A stretch of DNA of 64,000 bases from Candidatus Aminicenantes bacterium. GTDB lineage: Bacteria > Acidobacteriota > Aminicenantia > Aminicenantales > Saccharicenantaceae. A program made the translations under genes and the position numbers. The notes beneath the pieces are model-generated. The model was not told the DNA's origin, did not search any database, and worked only from the letters and a program-made list of their open reading frames with translations. Location of the stretch: positions 1,325,840 through 1,389,839 of the forward strand of contig CAVQXL010000004.1 in NCBI GenBank assembly GCA_963717865.1, in the 5' to 3' direction. This document shows positions 45,085 to 54,628 of this stretch, piece by piece (positions within the stretch are counted from its first letter, which is position 1; the number at the start of each line of letters is the position of its first letter).

Positions 45085-46139
45085 AGCGAGACCTCTTGAT
45101 CGGAGGACGTGATGGCGCGGCTCAGCCGCTTGGCGACGCTGTCGACCAGCGGGATGATCTTTTCGTACGGGATCCTCTTCGGCCCGATGATCCCCAGCGA
45201 ACCGAGGACCTGGTTGCCGGTCCCGTAGTGGGACAGGATAAGGGAGCAATCCCGGATGTCAGGGCTGTCGACCTCCGAGCCGATCAGGACCTTGACCCGG
45301 TCGAGGCTGATGAGGTCCGACAGGAGCTTGGCCAGGTTGGCCTTTTCCTCGAAGCTCTGGAAAAGCGCCTCGAGCCGCCCGCCGCCGAAGCGGTCGGCTT
45401 TATTGAGGAGCCTCGAGGTCCCCTGGAAGATGATCCGGCTGTTCGCGGATTCCTGGCTGACGTAGGTCCGGACCAGTCCCGACAGCTTCTGGATGAGGTC
45501 CTCGTATTTCAACCTGTATTTCGGGAGCTCCCGGAACAGAAAATCGCGGATGAACAGGAGGTTCTTGCCCCGGAAGTTCAGGTTGACGTACTGGGCGGCC
45601 CTATCGAGCTCGACCTGGGTGAACGGCGTCCGGCTTTCCACGATCTGGGTCAGCACCATCTGGAAGGGCGTGACCAGGATGGCCATGACCTTATCCTCGG
45701 CGACCTTCATGAACCGGAGGTGGCGGAACGGGATCTGGGATATGCGGGGGGAGATGACGAACCCCAGGTTGTCGGAGTGCACGGCAAGGACCCTGGAGAC
45801 CTCGACAAGGAGGGAGTCGAGGTCGCCCCGCTTCGAGCCCAGGTCCTCCGGGACCAGGGCCGTCTCGTCCCGGGGGAAGAGGGCTTCGGCCAGGAGGCTG
45901 TTCACATAGAATCTCAGGCCTTCGTCCGTCGGGACGCGCCCGGCCGATGTGTGGGGCTGGGACAGGTATCCTTTCGCCTCCAGGCGGACCATGACGTTCC
46001 GGAGGGTCGCCGGAGAGCCGGGAAAGCGCTTCTTTCTGAAGACCTCGCCCGAGCTGACGGGCCGGCCGCCTTCGAGGTAGGCCTCGACGATGAGCTTCAG
46101 GACGCGCTGTTCCTTATCCTTCAATATAGACGTATCCAT
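45081..46139 (-). CDS. hrcA: heat-inducible transcription repressor HrcA
   Basis: 352 aa, intact. Winged-helix N-terminus ([21 protein letters not shown]...[30 protein letters not shown]) and a typical HrcA C-domain. Confidence 0.95.
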   Translation of the reverse strand: MDTSILKDKEQRVLKLIVEAYLEGGRPVSSGEVFRKKRFPGSPATLRNVMVRLEAKGYLSQPHTSAGRVPTDEGLRFYVNSLLAEALFPRDETALVPEDLGSKRGDLDSLLVEVSRVLAVHSDNLGFVISPRISQIPFRHLRFMKVAEDKVMAILVTPFQMVLTQIVESRTPFTQVELDRAAQYVNLNFRGKNLLFIRDFLFRELPKYRLKYEDLIQKLSGLVRTYVSQESANSRIIFQGTSRLLNKADRFGGGRLEALFQSFEEKANLAKLLSDLISLDRVKVLIGSEVDSPDIRDCSLILSHYGTGNQVLGSLGIIGPKRIPYEKIIPLVDSVAKRLSRAITSSDQEVSL

Positions 46140-46154
46140 TATGCTTCTAAAAAA

Positions 46155-46183
46155 TTTATAGCATGCAGGGGCGGTTTAGTCAA
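46155..46183 (-). promoter_or_regulatory. sigma70-like promoter of the hrcA-grpE-dnaK-dnaJ block
   Basis: On the minus strand: TTGACT (46183-78), a 17-nt spacer, then TATAAA (46160-55), about 20 nt before the hrcA ATG. No TTAGCACTC-N9-GAGTGCTAA (CIRCE) sequence is visible in this 55-bp gap. Confidence 0.45.
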
Positions 46184-46194
46184 CGCGCGGGAGA

Positions 46195-47002
46195 TCAGAG
46201 GATCCTCAACCCGGCATAGCCGACGACCTCACGATCGTCGCCGGTGACGTCTCCGGACGTCGCGTAGCGGACGAGTTCGGCTTTAACGGCGCCCAGTTCC
46301 CGGGCCGCGACCAGAGCGGCTGTCACGGGCTGAAAGCCGCACATGCTGATGCGTTCCCGAACGACCGTCCGGAAGAGACCTTCGGGGTCGAGGGCGAGGA
46401 CGCGGCCGATGGCCAGTCCGTCCTTTTCCTTGGCCTCGGCGCGGCTCACATAGTGGCTCATGTCCGTGCTGGCTACGATGAGGACGTCGCGGCCGAAGCC
46501 GCGCACGGACTCGGCCACGGCCTTCCCCAGGCCTTCGAGGTCCTCGTAGCCGGCCGTATGGGAGACGCAGACCGGAACGATGGAGACGTGCTGGAACGAG
46601 GCGCTGAAGAAAGGGGACCTGGACTTCGAGGGAGTGTTCCTTCTCATGGGCTTTCGCGTCGCTTCGGCAGGCCGGGCAGGCCTCGAGGAGAGCGCTCGCC
46701 AGTCCCGTTTCTATCGGGACCGCGCCCAGCGGCGTCTCCCATGATCCTTCGGTTTGGAGCGCGAATACGGGACCGACGGGCCTATGAGCCGGGCCCAGGA
46801 TGAGGATTGTATCCGGGATCGAGACGGAAGAGAACACGGCGCCGGCGACGGCTCCGGAATAGACATAGCCGGCGTGCGGGGCCACGACCGCGAGCGCTTT
46901 AAGCCTTTCGGCCGCGGGGTCCATAAGGAGGTCGAGCGTTTCCCGAAGCTCCCGGGGCCGCGCGGGATAGAACTGGCCGGCCACGAAGGGTTTACGCGTC
47001 AT
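46195..47002 (-). pseudogene. MEMO1-family protein (AmmeMemoRadiSam system protein B-like); one frameshift near 46610
   Basis: MTRKPFVAGQFYPARPRELRETL, VVAPHAGYVYSG, KEHSLEVQVPFLQ, then in another frame VASTDMSHY...MCGFQPV...YATSGDVTGD. Confidence 0.8.
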
Positions 47003-47068
47003 GACGTCCTCCCCTCTCTCAGGATGGGCCTCAGGGCCTGAGGCGATCCTCCGGGCCGGGCCCGCCGC

Positions 47069-48397
47069 TCAGTCTTTCGTCTCGAACAGCTCCTCCCGGA
47101 ACACGACGCCGTGACGCGACAGCTCTTCGAGGATCGGCTCGTAGATCGTCGGATCGAGCGGCGTCTGGACCCCGGTCTTGCGGATCTTCCCCTCCACGAT
47201 CAGCCGGGCCCCGATGGCCGCCGGCAGCCCGACCGTCCGCGACATCGAGGAGTCCCCGCCGGGGATCCCGTAGTCGACGAGCGTCGAGACGATCTTCTCG
47301 CTCGTCCCGTCCGGCCGCGACGCCAGGAACTCGTGCCGGAGCACGATCATATCCCGCTCGCCTTCCTCGTACTTCAGCTTCTCGATCATCAGCGCCGCCA
47401 GCGCGTCGAGCGCCGTATTGACCCCGGCCGGAATCGGCCGTTCTTCGAGGAGCCCGAGCCATTCCATCCGTCCTATAACGTCCGCATCCGACGCCAGCCC
47501 CAGCTTCGCCCCGAGCGCCTTCCTGAGGTTCGCCCCGGCGCCCGCGTGGACGAGCTCCCGAACGAGACCCGCGTAGGTCATTCCCGCGAGCTTCCGCTCG
47601 GTCTGGTCGAGCAGGCCCAGGTCCCCGATCTTCTTCATCGTCGCGCACCAGCCCGCATACCGCAGGGTCCCCCGGAGCATCGTCTTCGCTTCCGGGATCC
47701 CGTAGGCTTCCGCGTACGGCACCGAGTCCCGGTTCGGGTAGCCCTCGAAGTCCCCGATCCCCGGGACCGTGACCGTCCGGCAGCTCTCGAACAGCTTCTC
47801 CGACGGGATGAACTCGACCTTCCCGTCCTCCAGGTACCGGGCGGAGTTCTTCCCCGCAAGCAGGACCCCCTTCGGGCTCCACGAGAACTTGTAGCCGAAG
47901 GGGTTGGTGTTCGCCTCCGGCGCCGGCAGGCCCCCGCACCAGGAGACAAAACCCATAACCTTGTCTCCCCCGTCCTTGATCCGCCGGATGACGCGCATCG
48001 CCTCCATATGGTCGATGCCCGGGTCGAGCCCGAGCTCGTTCAGCAGGACGACCCCCTTCCGCTTCGCGTCCTCGTCGAGGCTCTTCATCGCCGGGCTCAC
48101 GTAGGACGCCGTGACCATCGACTTCCCCAGATCGATCGCCATCCGGCCGAGCAGAGGGTGGAACGTGTACGGAACCATGCTCACCACGACGTCCGCCCCG
48201 CCGATCCTCTCCCTCAGGGCAGCCGCGTCCTGGATGTCCAGGGTGACGGCCGTCCCCCGCGGGTGTCCCGCCACGATCCGCGCCGCCCGCTCCGGCTCGA
48301 CGTCCCCCACCGTGACCAGAAAGTCCGGCTGGTCGAGCAGGTACCCCACCAGCGGCCTGACGACGAGTCCCGCCCCCGCAACGAATATCTTCTTCAT
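47069..48397 (-). CDS. saccharopine dehydrogenase (saccharopine reductase / LYS9-AASS C-terminal-domain type)
   Basis: 442 aa, intact. Rossmann N-terminus KKIFVAGAGLVVRP, NELGLDPGIDHM and WCGGLPAPEANTNPFGYKFSWSPKGVLLAG. Confidence 0.85.
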   Translation of the reverse strand: MKKIFVAGAGLVVRPLVGYLLDQPDFLVTVGDVEPERAARIVAGHPRGTAVTLDIQDAAALRERIGGADVVVSMVPYTFHPLLGRMAIDLGKSMVTASYVSPAMKSLDEDAKRKGVVLLNELGLDPGIDHMEAMRVIRRIKDGGDKVMGFVSWCGGLPAPEANTNPFGYKFSWSPKGVLLAGKNSARYLEDGKVEFIPSEKLFESCRTVTVPGIGDFEGYPNRDSVPYAEAYGIPEAKTMLRGTLRYAGWCATMKKIGDLGLLDQTERKLAGMTYAGLVRELVHAGAGANLRKALGAKLGLASDADVIGRMEWLGLLEERPIPAGVNTALDALAALMIEKLKYEEGERDMIVLRHEFLASRPDGTSEKIVSTLVDYGIPGGDSSMSRTVGLPAAIGARLIVEGKIRKTGVQTPLDPTIYEPILEELSRHGVVFREELFETKD

Positions 48398-48421
48398 GAT
48401 CTTCTCCCTTCCCGCCTCCGC

Positions 48422-49735
48422 CTACTTGAGGTATTCGGACATGTACCGGTAGTCCGGCGCGAGCTCGCCCCGATAGAGGATGACCGCCTTCCGGATCTCC
48501 GGAGGCAGTTCGCACTTCTCGAACGGACCGCTGAAATCCGCCGCCGCGATGACCGGGACGTACTTCTTCAGGCCCCCGCTGAAGAACGACGACGACTCCA
48601 GCGGCAGCTCCGCCGGCAGGTTGTAGACCGCCATCACCACCGGCCCGTTCCCCTCGATCCCCATGATCGCCTTGTCCTTCGCCGGATCGTAGACGTAGAC
48701 CGGATCTTCCGAATGCGTCGCCTCGACCGTGCATTCCACCGACCCGTTGATGTCGCAGGTGATGTCCCCCACCACCTTCAGCCGCGGCGCCGCCGCCCCC
48801 CCGTAGAGCTTCGCCAGGAACGGCTTCGTGATGTACTTCGGGTACTTCTCCGTCCAGTAGATGCCGTTGATGATCATGCCGAGATACGGCACGTAGCTCT
48901 CGACCACCGATACGTACTTCCCGGGCTCCCGGTAATAGTCCTGGAGATCGAAGACACCCCCGGCCGCCACCGGACGCACCATGTCCTCTTCCTTGAACAC
49001 CACCTTGTAGAGCCCCCGCGCCGCCGGCTCCTTCTTCCGGAAGAGCCCCGCCAGCTCCCGCGGCGCCACCGTGTCGTTCGGGATGAGGTCGTAGATCTCC
49101 TGCGCCCCCTGGGAGACGTGCCCGTACCCCAGGAACCCGCAGACGAACGGCTGCAGCCCCGACGGCAGGCCTTTTTTATGGATGAGCCGCCCCACCTCCG
49201 CCACCTCTTCCTTCGCCTCGACCAGGCTCTTATAGCCGATCGTCTGCTTCAACCGCAGGAACGGCGTCTCCACCCCCTCGAGCTTCAGCCTCCGCCCCAG
49301 CGCCCAGAGCGAGTCGATCATCCCCGCCTGGCCCGCGTAGCTCCCGAAGTACAGGATCCGCTGGCCCTTCTCGTTGACGATCTTCTCGTAGTCGATGATC
49401 GTACAGCCGAGCTCCATCATCCGCTTCAGCATCGGCATGTTGTACGGCTGGCCCTTGGCCGTATGCGAGAAAAAGACGTAGATCTTCCCCTTCACCAGGG
49501 TCTCGATCGGGATCTCCTTGATCGCGAACACCGTCCGCGACGGGCAGATGTCCTCCGCCACCCGCGCCCCCTCCACCGCGTAATCCGCGTCCGGGAACAC
49601 CCGGATCTTCGAAGGCTGGATGTAGACCTCGAGCCCGTGGTCCTTGATGAGCTCCCGGACGTGCGTCGGGATCAGCGGCACCCGCCTCTCCCACATGTTG
49701 ACGTCCTCCCGCCGGATACCGATGGAATGTGGCAT
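48422..49735 (-). CDS. lysine-ketoglutarate reductase (AASS N-terminal LKR-domain type; AlaDH/PNT fold)
   Basis: 437 aa, intact. From memory it is colinear with the LKR half of eukaryotic AASS: IGIRREDVNMWERRVPLIPTHV, VFFSHTAKGQPYNMPML, IDYEKIVNEKGQRILYFGSYAGQAGMID, INGIYWTEKYP and VYNLPAELP. Confidence 0.8.
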   Translation of the reverse strand: MPHSIGIRREDVNMWERRVPLIPTHVRELIKDHGLEVYIQPSKIRVFPDADYAVEGARVAEDICPSRTVFAIKEIPIETLVKGKIYVFFSHTAKGQPYNMPMLKRMMELGCTIIDYEKIVNEKGQRILYFGSYAGQAGMIDSLWALGRRLKLEGVETPFLRLKQTIGYKSLVEAKEEVAEVGRLIHKKGLPSGLQPFVCGFLGYGHVSQGAQEIYDLIPNDTVAPRELAGLFRKKEPAARGLYKVVFKEEDMVRPVAAGGVFDLQDYYREPGKYVSVVESYVPYLGMIINGIYWTEKYPKYITKPFLAKLYGGAAAPRLKVVGDITCDINGSVECTVEATHSEDPVYVYDPAKDKAIMGIEGNGPVVMAVYNLPAELPLESSSFFSGGLKKYVPVIAAADFSGPFEKCELPPEIRKAVILYRGELAPDYRYMSEYLK

Positions 49736-49817
49736 GTCTAACCCCTTATAAATGCGTATTATTACGAAAAATGAATTATCTCACAATCCGCGGCCGCGGG
49801 TCAACGCAACGGGGCCG

Positions 49818-49846
49818 TTGACGCGCCGGAGGGCTTTTTCCATAAT
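49818..49846 (+). promoter_or_regulatory. sigma70-like promoter of cysS; near-leaderless geometry; the -35 is embedded in an inverted repeat
   Basis: TTGACG (49818-23), a 17-nt spacer, then CATAAT (49841-46). The ATG at 49855 is only 8 nt after the -10 and has no RBS. GTCAACG (49800-06) and CGTTGAC (49816-22) form a 7-bp inverted repeat over the -35. Confidence 0.4.
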
Positions 49847-49854
49847 AGGGCATC

Positions 49855-51271
49855 ATGATCAGGTTCCACAACACGCTCGGCGGCAGGATCGAACCGTTCG
49901 TCCCCCTGGTCCCGGGGCACGTCGGCCTCTACACCTGCGGCCCGACGGTCTACAACTATCCCCATATCGGCAACTACCGGGCCTACGTCTTCGAGGACCT
50001 CCTGAAGCGCTTCCTCCTGTTCTCCGGCTTCAAGGTCACCCACGTCATGAACATCACGGACGTCGACGACAAGACCATCCGCGGGGCCGAGCGCCGGGGC
50101 CAGACCCTCCGGCGAATACACGCGAGGTCTACATCCAGGCTTTTTTCGAGGATTCCGCGACCCTCCGGATCATGCCCGCGGACGTCTACCCCCGGGCCAC
50201 GGAGCATATCCCCGAGATGGTCGGCCCTCATCAGGGGCCTCCTGGACAAGGGATACGCCTACCACAGGGAAGGTTCCATCTATTTCAGCATCGCCAAGTT
50301 CCCCGGCTACGGAAAGCTCTCGAGGATCCGCCTCGACGACCTCGAGCCGGGCCGGAGGAGCGACGCGGACGAATACGAGAAGGAGAACGTCCACGATTTC
50401 GCCCTCTGGAAGGCGCCCAAGGAAGGCGAGCCGTTCTGGGAGACCGATCTCGGGCCGGGCCGGCCGGGCTGGCATATCGAATGCTCGGCCATGAGCTCGA
50501 AGTACCTGGGCGAAACCTTCGACATCCACTGCGGCGGGGTGGACAACATCTTCCCCCATCACGAGAACGAGATCGCCCAGTCCGAGGCGTTCACCGGCAA
50601 GCCGTTCGTCCGGACCTGGATGCACTGCCACCATCTTGTCGTGGACGGCGAGAAGATGTCCAAATCCAAGGGGAATCAGTACACCCTGAGGGACCTCGTC
50701 GCGGCGGGCGTCGATCCGCTCGACCTGCGGTTCCTCCTGCTCGCGACCCATTACCGCAAGATGCTCAATTATCACGTCCGACGCCCTGGCCCAGGCCGCG
50801 GCGTCCCGGCGGCGTCTTCTGGATTTCCTCTATGAGCTCGAACACCGGTCCTTCCCCGCCCCCGGAACGGGGACCGGAATCGCCGGTCTCCTCGATCGGG
50901 CCAGGGAGGGGTTCCAGGCCGGCCTGTCCGACGACCTGAACATCTCCGAATCCTTCTCGGCCCTGTTCGAGCTCGTCCGCGAGGCCAACACGCTGGTCGC
51001 CTCGGGAGAGCTCGATGCGAAGGGCGCGGCGGACGCCGCCGCCCTTATCCGCGGCCTCGACGAGGTCCTGGCCGTCCTCCCGCCGAAGGCCGAGGAAGCT
51101 CTCTCCGCGGCGACGGCCTCGAAGGTCGAGGCCCGGCAGAAGGCGCGACGGGACAGGGATTTCGCCCTGGCCGACCGGCTGAGGGACGAGCTTCTCCGGG
51201 AAGGGATCGTCCTCGAGGACACGAAGGACGGCGTCCGCTGGAAAAAAGTCAGGCCTTCCGGGCCGGCGTGA
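49855..51271 (+). pseudogene. cysS: cysteine--tRNA ligase; three frameshifts (~50115, ~50225, ~50775)
   Basis: YTCGPTVYNYPHIGNYR (HIGH), GWHIECSAMS, DIHCGGVDNIFPHHENE and KMSKSKGN (KMSKS). The C-terminal anticodon-binding part lies in the third frame and ends ...VRPSGPA* (TGA 51269-71). Confidence 0.9.
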
Positions 51272-51642
51272 TGAGCGAGGACCGGTACGACGAGGCCCAC
51301 GCCCTGGGCCGCCGGGGCGAGGAGATCGCCCTCGAATACTTCCGCGGAAAAGGCTACCGGATCGTCGAACGAGGCTTCCGGCTCTTCCGGGGCGAGATCG
51401 ACATCGTCGCCTACGACGGACCGACCCTCGTCTTCATAGAGGTCAAGACGCGGGCGACGACGGAATTCGGCCTTCCCGAGGAGGCCGTGACGCCCGCGAA
51501 ACAGAGCCAGATCCGGAAGATCGCCCGGGGGTTCCTTATCGAGCGGGACCTCGGCGAGCCGGACTGCCGGTTCGACGTCCTCGCCGTCGTCGCCCCCGAG
51601 GAGGGCGACCCGGTCATCACCCACTTCGAAAGCGCGTTCTGA
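51271..51642 (+). CDS. yraN: YraN-family (UPF0102) endonuclease-like protein
   Basis: GEEIALEYFRGKGYRIVERGFRLFRGEIDIVAYDGPTLVFIEVKTR...FDVLAV. The start (GTG 51268 or ATG 51271) overlaps the cysS stop (GTGATGA). Confidence 0.8.
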   Translation: MSEDRYDEAHALGRRGEEIALEYFRGKGYRIVERGFRLFRGEIDIVAYDGPTLVFIEVKTRATTEFGLPEEAVTPAKQSQIRKIARGFLIERDLGEPDCRFDVLAVVAPEEGDPVITHFESAF

Positions 51643-51654
51643 GAAGGCCCCATC

Positions 51655-51737
51655 TTTAATGGAGACACAATACCAATTTCCGAATCCCCGGGGACGGCTG
51701 AAGGAAATGGGAAACGGGTATTGTGTCCCTATTAAAA
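51655..51737. other. long imperfect AT-rich hairpin between convergent yraN and the TonB-dependent receptor
   Basis: TTTAATGGAGACACAATACC (51655-74) pairs with GGTATTGTGTCCCTATTAAAA (51717-37): 11 perfect bp, two mismatches, then 6 bp. An inner stem AATTTCC/GGAAAT and a central CCCCGGGG lie within the loop. Neither side has a U-run, so it is not a canonical intrinsic terminator. Confidence 0.35.
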
Positions 51738-53921
51738 GGCGATCGCGGCCCCGAAGCTCAGGGATCGGCCCGGCTCCTCCATGGCCTCGGAGTCCGGCCT
51801 CGCAATGTACGCGGCGTCGAACAGATTGGCGAGACGGGCGTAGAAGCTCAGGGATGGGGACACCCGATAGGCCGCGCGGGCATTGACGACGGTCGACGCC
51901 GGGACGCCGATCTCGGCGGGCCCGGGATCACCTTTGCGAAGCCGGAACGTGGCGTCGATCTCCGCCGACAGTCGTCCGACCCAGGCCTTCGTCCCGGCGA
52001 GGAACTGGACCGGCGGCACGTCGTTCAACGCGCCTCCCGTCGCGGCGTTGCGGCCGCGGATAGCGGACATGTTCCCGAAGACCTTCCAGCCGGGCGTCGG
52101 GAAGTACTCGACCTCGAGCTCGAGGCCCTTCAGCCGGCCCTTGTCGATGTTCCCGTACGTGTAAAGTCCCGGGGACACCGTGTATCTCTCGATCATGGCG
52201 TCGATGGCATAGGCGAATCCGTAGAGGCCGGCGAAGAACCGGTGGCCATAGAACCTGAATCCCCCGTCGGCGTTCAGGCTGGTTTCGGGTTTCAAACCGG
52301 GTTGGGCGATGATGAATCCCCGGCCGCTGATGCCGGTGTAGTATCGCTCGTTCAAGCTCGGAACCCGGTAAGCCCGGGCCACGTTGACGAATCCGACCAG
52401 GTTCTCCGTGATCTTCAGCGACGCCGCCAGGAAGCCGGTCGCCTTGCCGTCGCGGGTCGCTTCGGCCGCGCCTCCTCCCGGGGACGCCTTCATGGAAAGG
52501 CTGTCCCAGCGGACGCCCCCGACGAGATCAAGGCTCCCCAAGCCCGAATAGTCCGCAGAGACGAACAGGCCTGCGTCCGTCCGCCTCCCCCGCGCGTAGG
52601 GAAGCTCGCCGGCGATGCCCTTGACCGTTCCGTCGGCGGCAAATGAGGTGTCCCGGGTCACGGCCTCGGCCCGGGTTTGGCCGAAGAGGTCCGCCCCGCC
52701 CTCGAGCCTCAGGTCCTTCCCAAGCTTCTTTCCGAAAGACAGCTGGACGCCGTATTCCGTGCTCCGGGTCCGGCTCGTCGAGGTCTTGGTCCGGTATCCC
52801 TCGATGCGGTCGGTCTGCGTCTCGAGGGAATTGGGATCGATGTAGGCTTCCAACGACAGCTCGCCGTCCGCGCCCGGCCTTTCGGTCCAGCTGAGCTGGA
52901 AGAGGTTCTGCCGCTCCTCGGGATACCAGGTCGGCTTGGCCAGGCTGTCCCGGTTCGGCTTGCCGATGTCCCGGCCGCGGGCGCCCAGGAAGCCGATGAC
53001 GATCTCCCGCTTATCCGTCCGGTGGACGACCTTGGCCAACAGGCTTCCTTGGGCGAATCTGGATTGGAGGACCCGGCCCGAAGGCGACGCGTAGTCGTCC
53101 GCGTCCACTCCCTGGAAGGACAGGAGGAAGCCCGTTGCGCCGTTCGCACCCTCGAGCGAGAAGCCGCCGCCCTTCTCCGCGTTCACGGTCCCGTATCGGG
53201 CGTTGATCCTGCCCCGGATCCCCGGACGGAGCTCCGGCTCACGGGTCAGGATGTGGATGACGCCGCCGATGGCATCGGATCCGTAGAGGACGGACGCCGG
53301 GCTCCTCAGGATCTCGATGCGATCCACGTCCTCGGGACTGATGAAGGACGCGTTCGGGCCCGTCCGGCGTTCGCTCGAGAGGCGCGCGCCATCGATGAGA
53401 TAGAGCACCCGGCGGCGCGCCAGCCCCCGGACCGAAGGCACCAGGGAGAAACCGCCCGACCCCAGGGCCGCGACCCCGGGCGTCGCGGACAGGCCCTCGG
53501 CGATGTTGGCCGGCATCGCCTCGGCCAGATCCCCTTTCGATACCACCGTCTCCGCGACGGGGAGGCCCGCCCGGGCCTCCGGATGGCGGAGGGCCGTGAC
53601 GACGATCTCCTCTTTCCGGCGGACGACAGGGAGGATGGTGAGGACGACGCGTCGAACGAGTTCCTTTCTCGGGACGTCGAACTCCTGATCGTAGTGGTCC
53701 GGGTGAATGACCTCGAGCCTGACGCGGCCGCTTTCCGGGAGGCTCAGATCGAAGACGCCGCGGGCATCGGTGATGTCCCGCGACCCGCTGGCCCTGTGGA
53801 GAACGACGGCTCCGGGAACGGGCATTCCCTCCGGGGTGACCACCGTCCCCCGAACTTCGACCGCGCGGGCCCAGAGGGGAACGGCGACGAGGAGGAGCAG
53901 CAGCGGGAAGGCCTTCTTCAT
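51732..53921 (-). CDS. TonB-dependent receptor with N-terminal carboxypeptidase-regulatory-like domain
   Basis: 729 aa, intact. Signal peptide MKKAFPLLLLLVAVPLWA, CarboxypepD_reg-like VRGTVVTPEGMPVPGAVV, plug domain (IEILRSPASVLYGSDAIGGVIHI), and a beta-barrel ending ...SLSFGAAIAF. Confidence 0.85.
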   Translation of the reverse strand: MKKAFPLLLLLVAVPLWARAVEVRGTVVTPEGMPVPGAVVLHRASGSRDITDARGVFDLSLPESGRVRLEVIHPDHYDQEFDVPRKELVRRVVLTILPVVRRKEEIVVTALRHPEARAGLPVAETVVSKGDLAEAMPANIAEGLSATPGVAALGSGGFSLVPSVRGLARRRVLYLIDGARLSSERRTGPNASFISPEDVDRIEILRSPASVLYGSDAIGGVIHILTREPELRPGIRGRINARYGTVNAEKGGGFSLEGANGATGFLLSFQGVDADDYASPSGRVLQSRFAQGSLLAKVVHRTDKREIVIGFLGARGRDIGKPNRDSLAKPTWYPEERQNLFQLSWTERPGADGELSLEAYIDPNSLETQTDRIEGYRTKTSTSRTRSTEYGVQLSFGKKLGKDLRLEGGADLFGQTRAEAVTRDTSFAADGTVKGIAGELPYARGRRTDAGLFVSADYSGLGSLDLVGGVRWDSLSMKASPGGGAAEATRDGKATGFLAASLKITENLVGFVNVARAYRVPSLNERYYTGISGRGFIIAQPGLKPETSLNADGGFRFYGHRFFAGLYGFAYAIDAMIERYTVSPGLYTYGNIDKGRLKGLELEVEYFPTPGWKVFGNMSAIRGRNAATGGALNDVPPVQFLAGTKAWVGRLSAEIDATFRLRKGDPGPAEIGVPASTVVNARAAYRVSPSLSFYARLANLFDAAYIARPDSEAMEEPGRSLSFGAAIAF

Positions 53922-53931
53922 GTCCGACTCC

Positions 53932-54498
53932 CTAGCTGGCGACGGCTGGGGCGATGGAGGGCGCCCGGCCCGCCGGAAACTTCGGCTTCCGCGCTCCGGC
54001 CGCTTTTTTCGCGGGCGCTTTTCCGATCTTCCTGACCACGGCGCTGTCCCGCGATCTTTCCGCCAGGTCCTCGATCCTTTCGTGGAAGAGCGGGTGGACG
54101 GCGTGAGGGGCGATCTCGCGCAGGGGGACGAGGACGAAATTCCGGCGGTCCATCCGGGGATGAGGGATCATCAGACGACGCGTCTGGACGACCGTCTTCC
54201 CCGCCAGCAGGATGTCGATATCGATCCGCCGCGGGCCTTTGTCGACGGTCGGCAGCCGTTTCATCTGCCGCTCGACGGACTTGACGACGCCGAGAAGGGT
54301 CAACGGGTCGATAGCGGCGTCGACCTCGAGGACCTGGTTGTAGAACCACGGCTGGTCGGGAACGTCCACCGGTTCGGTCCGGTAGATCGAGGAGGCCCGG
54401 ACGACCGCGATCCCGTTCTCCCGGAGCAGGCAGGATGCCCGGGCCAGGTTCGCCCGCCTGTGGCCAAGGTTGCTGCCGAGAGACAGAAAATACTTCAT
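53932..54498 (-). CDS. folK: 2-amino-4-hydroxy-6-hydroxymethyldihydropteridine diphosphokinase
   Basis: YFLSLGSNLG, SSIYRTEPV, GPRRIDIDILL and IPHPRMDRRNFVLVPL, with a basic Ala/Lys-rich C-terminal tail. Confidence 0.85.
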   Translation of the reverse strand: MKYFLSLGSNLGHRRANLARASCLLRENGIAVVRASSIYRTEPVDVPDQPWFYNQVLEVDAAIDPLTLLGVVKSVERQMKRLPTVDKGPRRIDIDILLAGKTVVQTRRLMIPHPRMDRRNFVLVPLREIAPHAVHPLFHERIEDLAERSRDSAVVRKIGKAPAKKAAGARKPKFPAGRAPSIAPAVAS

Positions 54499-54628
54499 CC
54501 CGATCCTCTTTCGAAGTCCCTCATGTTAGCACCTTTCCCCCCGTTTATCCAGGGCCCGGCCCGCGTTCCCATTTGATTTTGAAGGGCGGTTTCATTAGTA
54601 TGGAAACTCCCGAAGCGGAGGCGAACCC

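Noticed and set aside
47111-49741. An 876-aa open reading frame on the plus strand spanning both saccharopine-pathway genes. Similar long antisense ORFs occur elsewhere, for example 2340..3986, 4008..5540, 4963..6537, 54545..55735, 55719..56840 and 60694..62058.
   Set aside because: Their translations are Arg/Pro/Asp/Gly-rich low-complexity sequence with no motifs. The opposite strand encodes proteins with clear family signatures. Long stop-free antisense frames are expected at this GC content.
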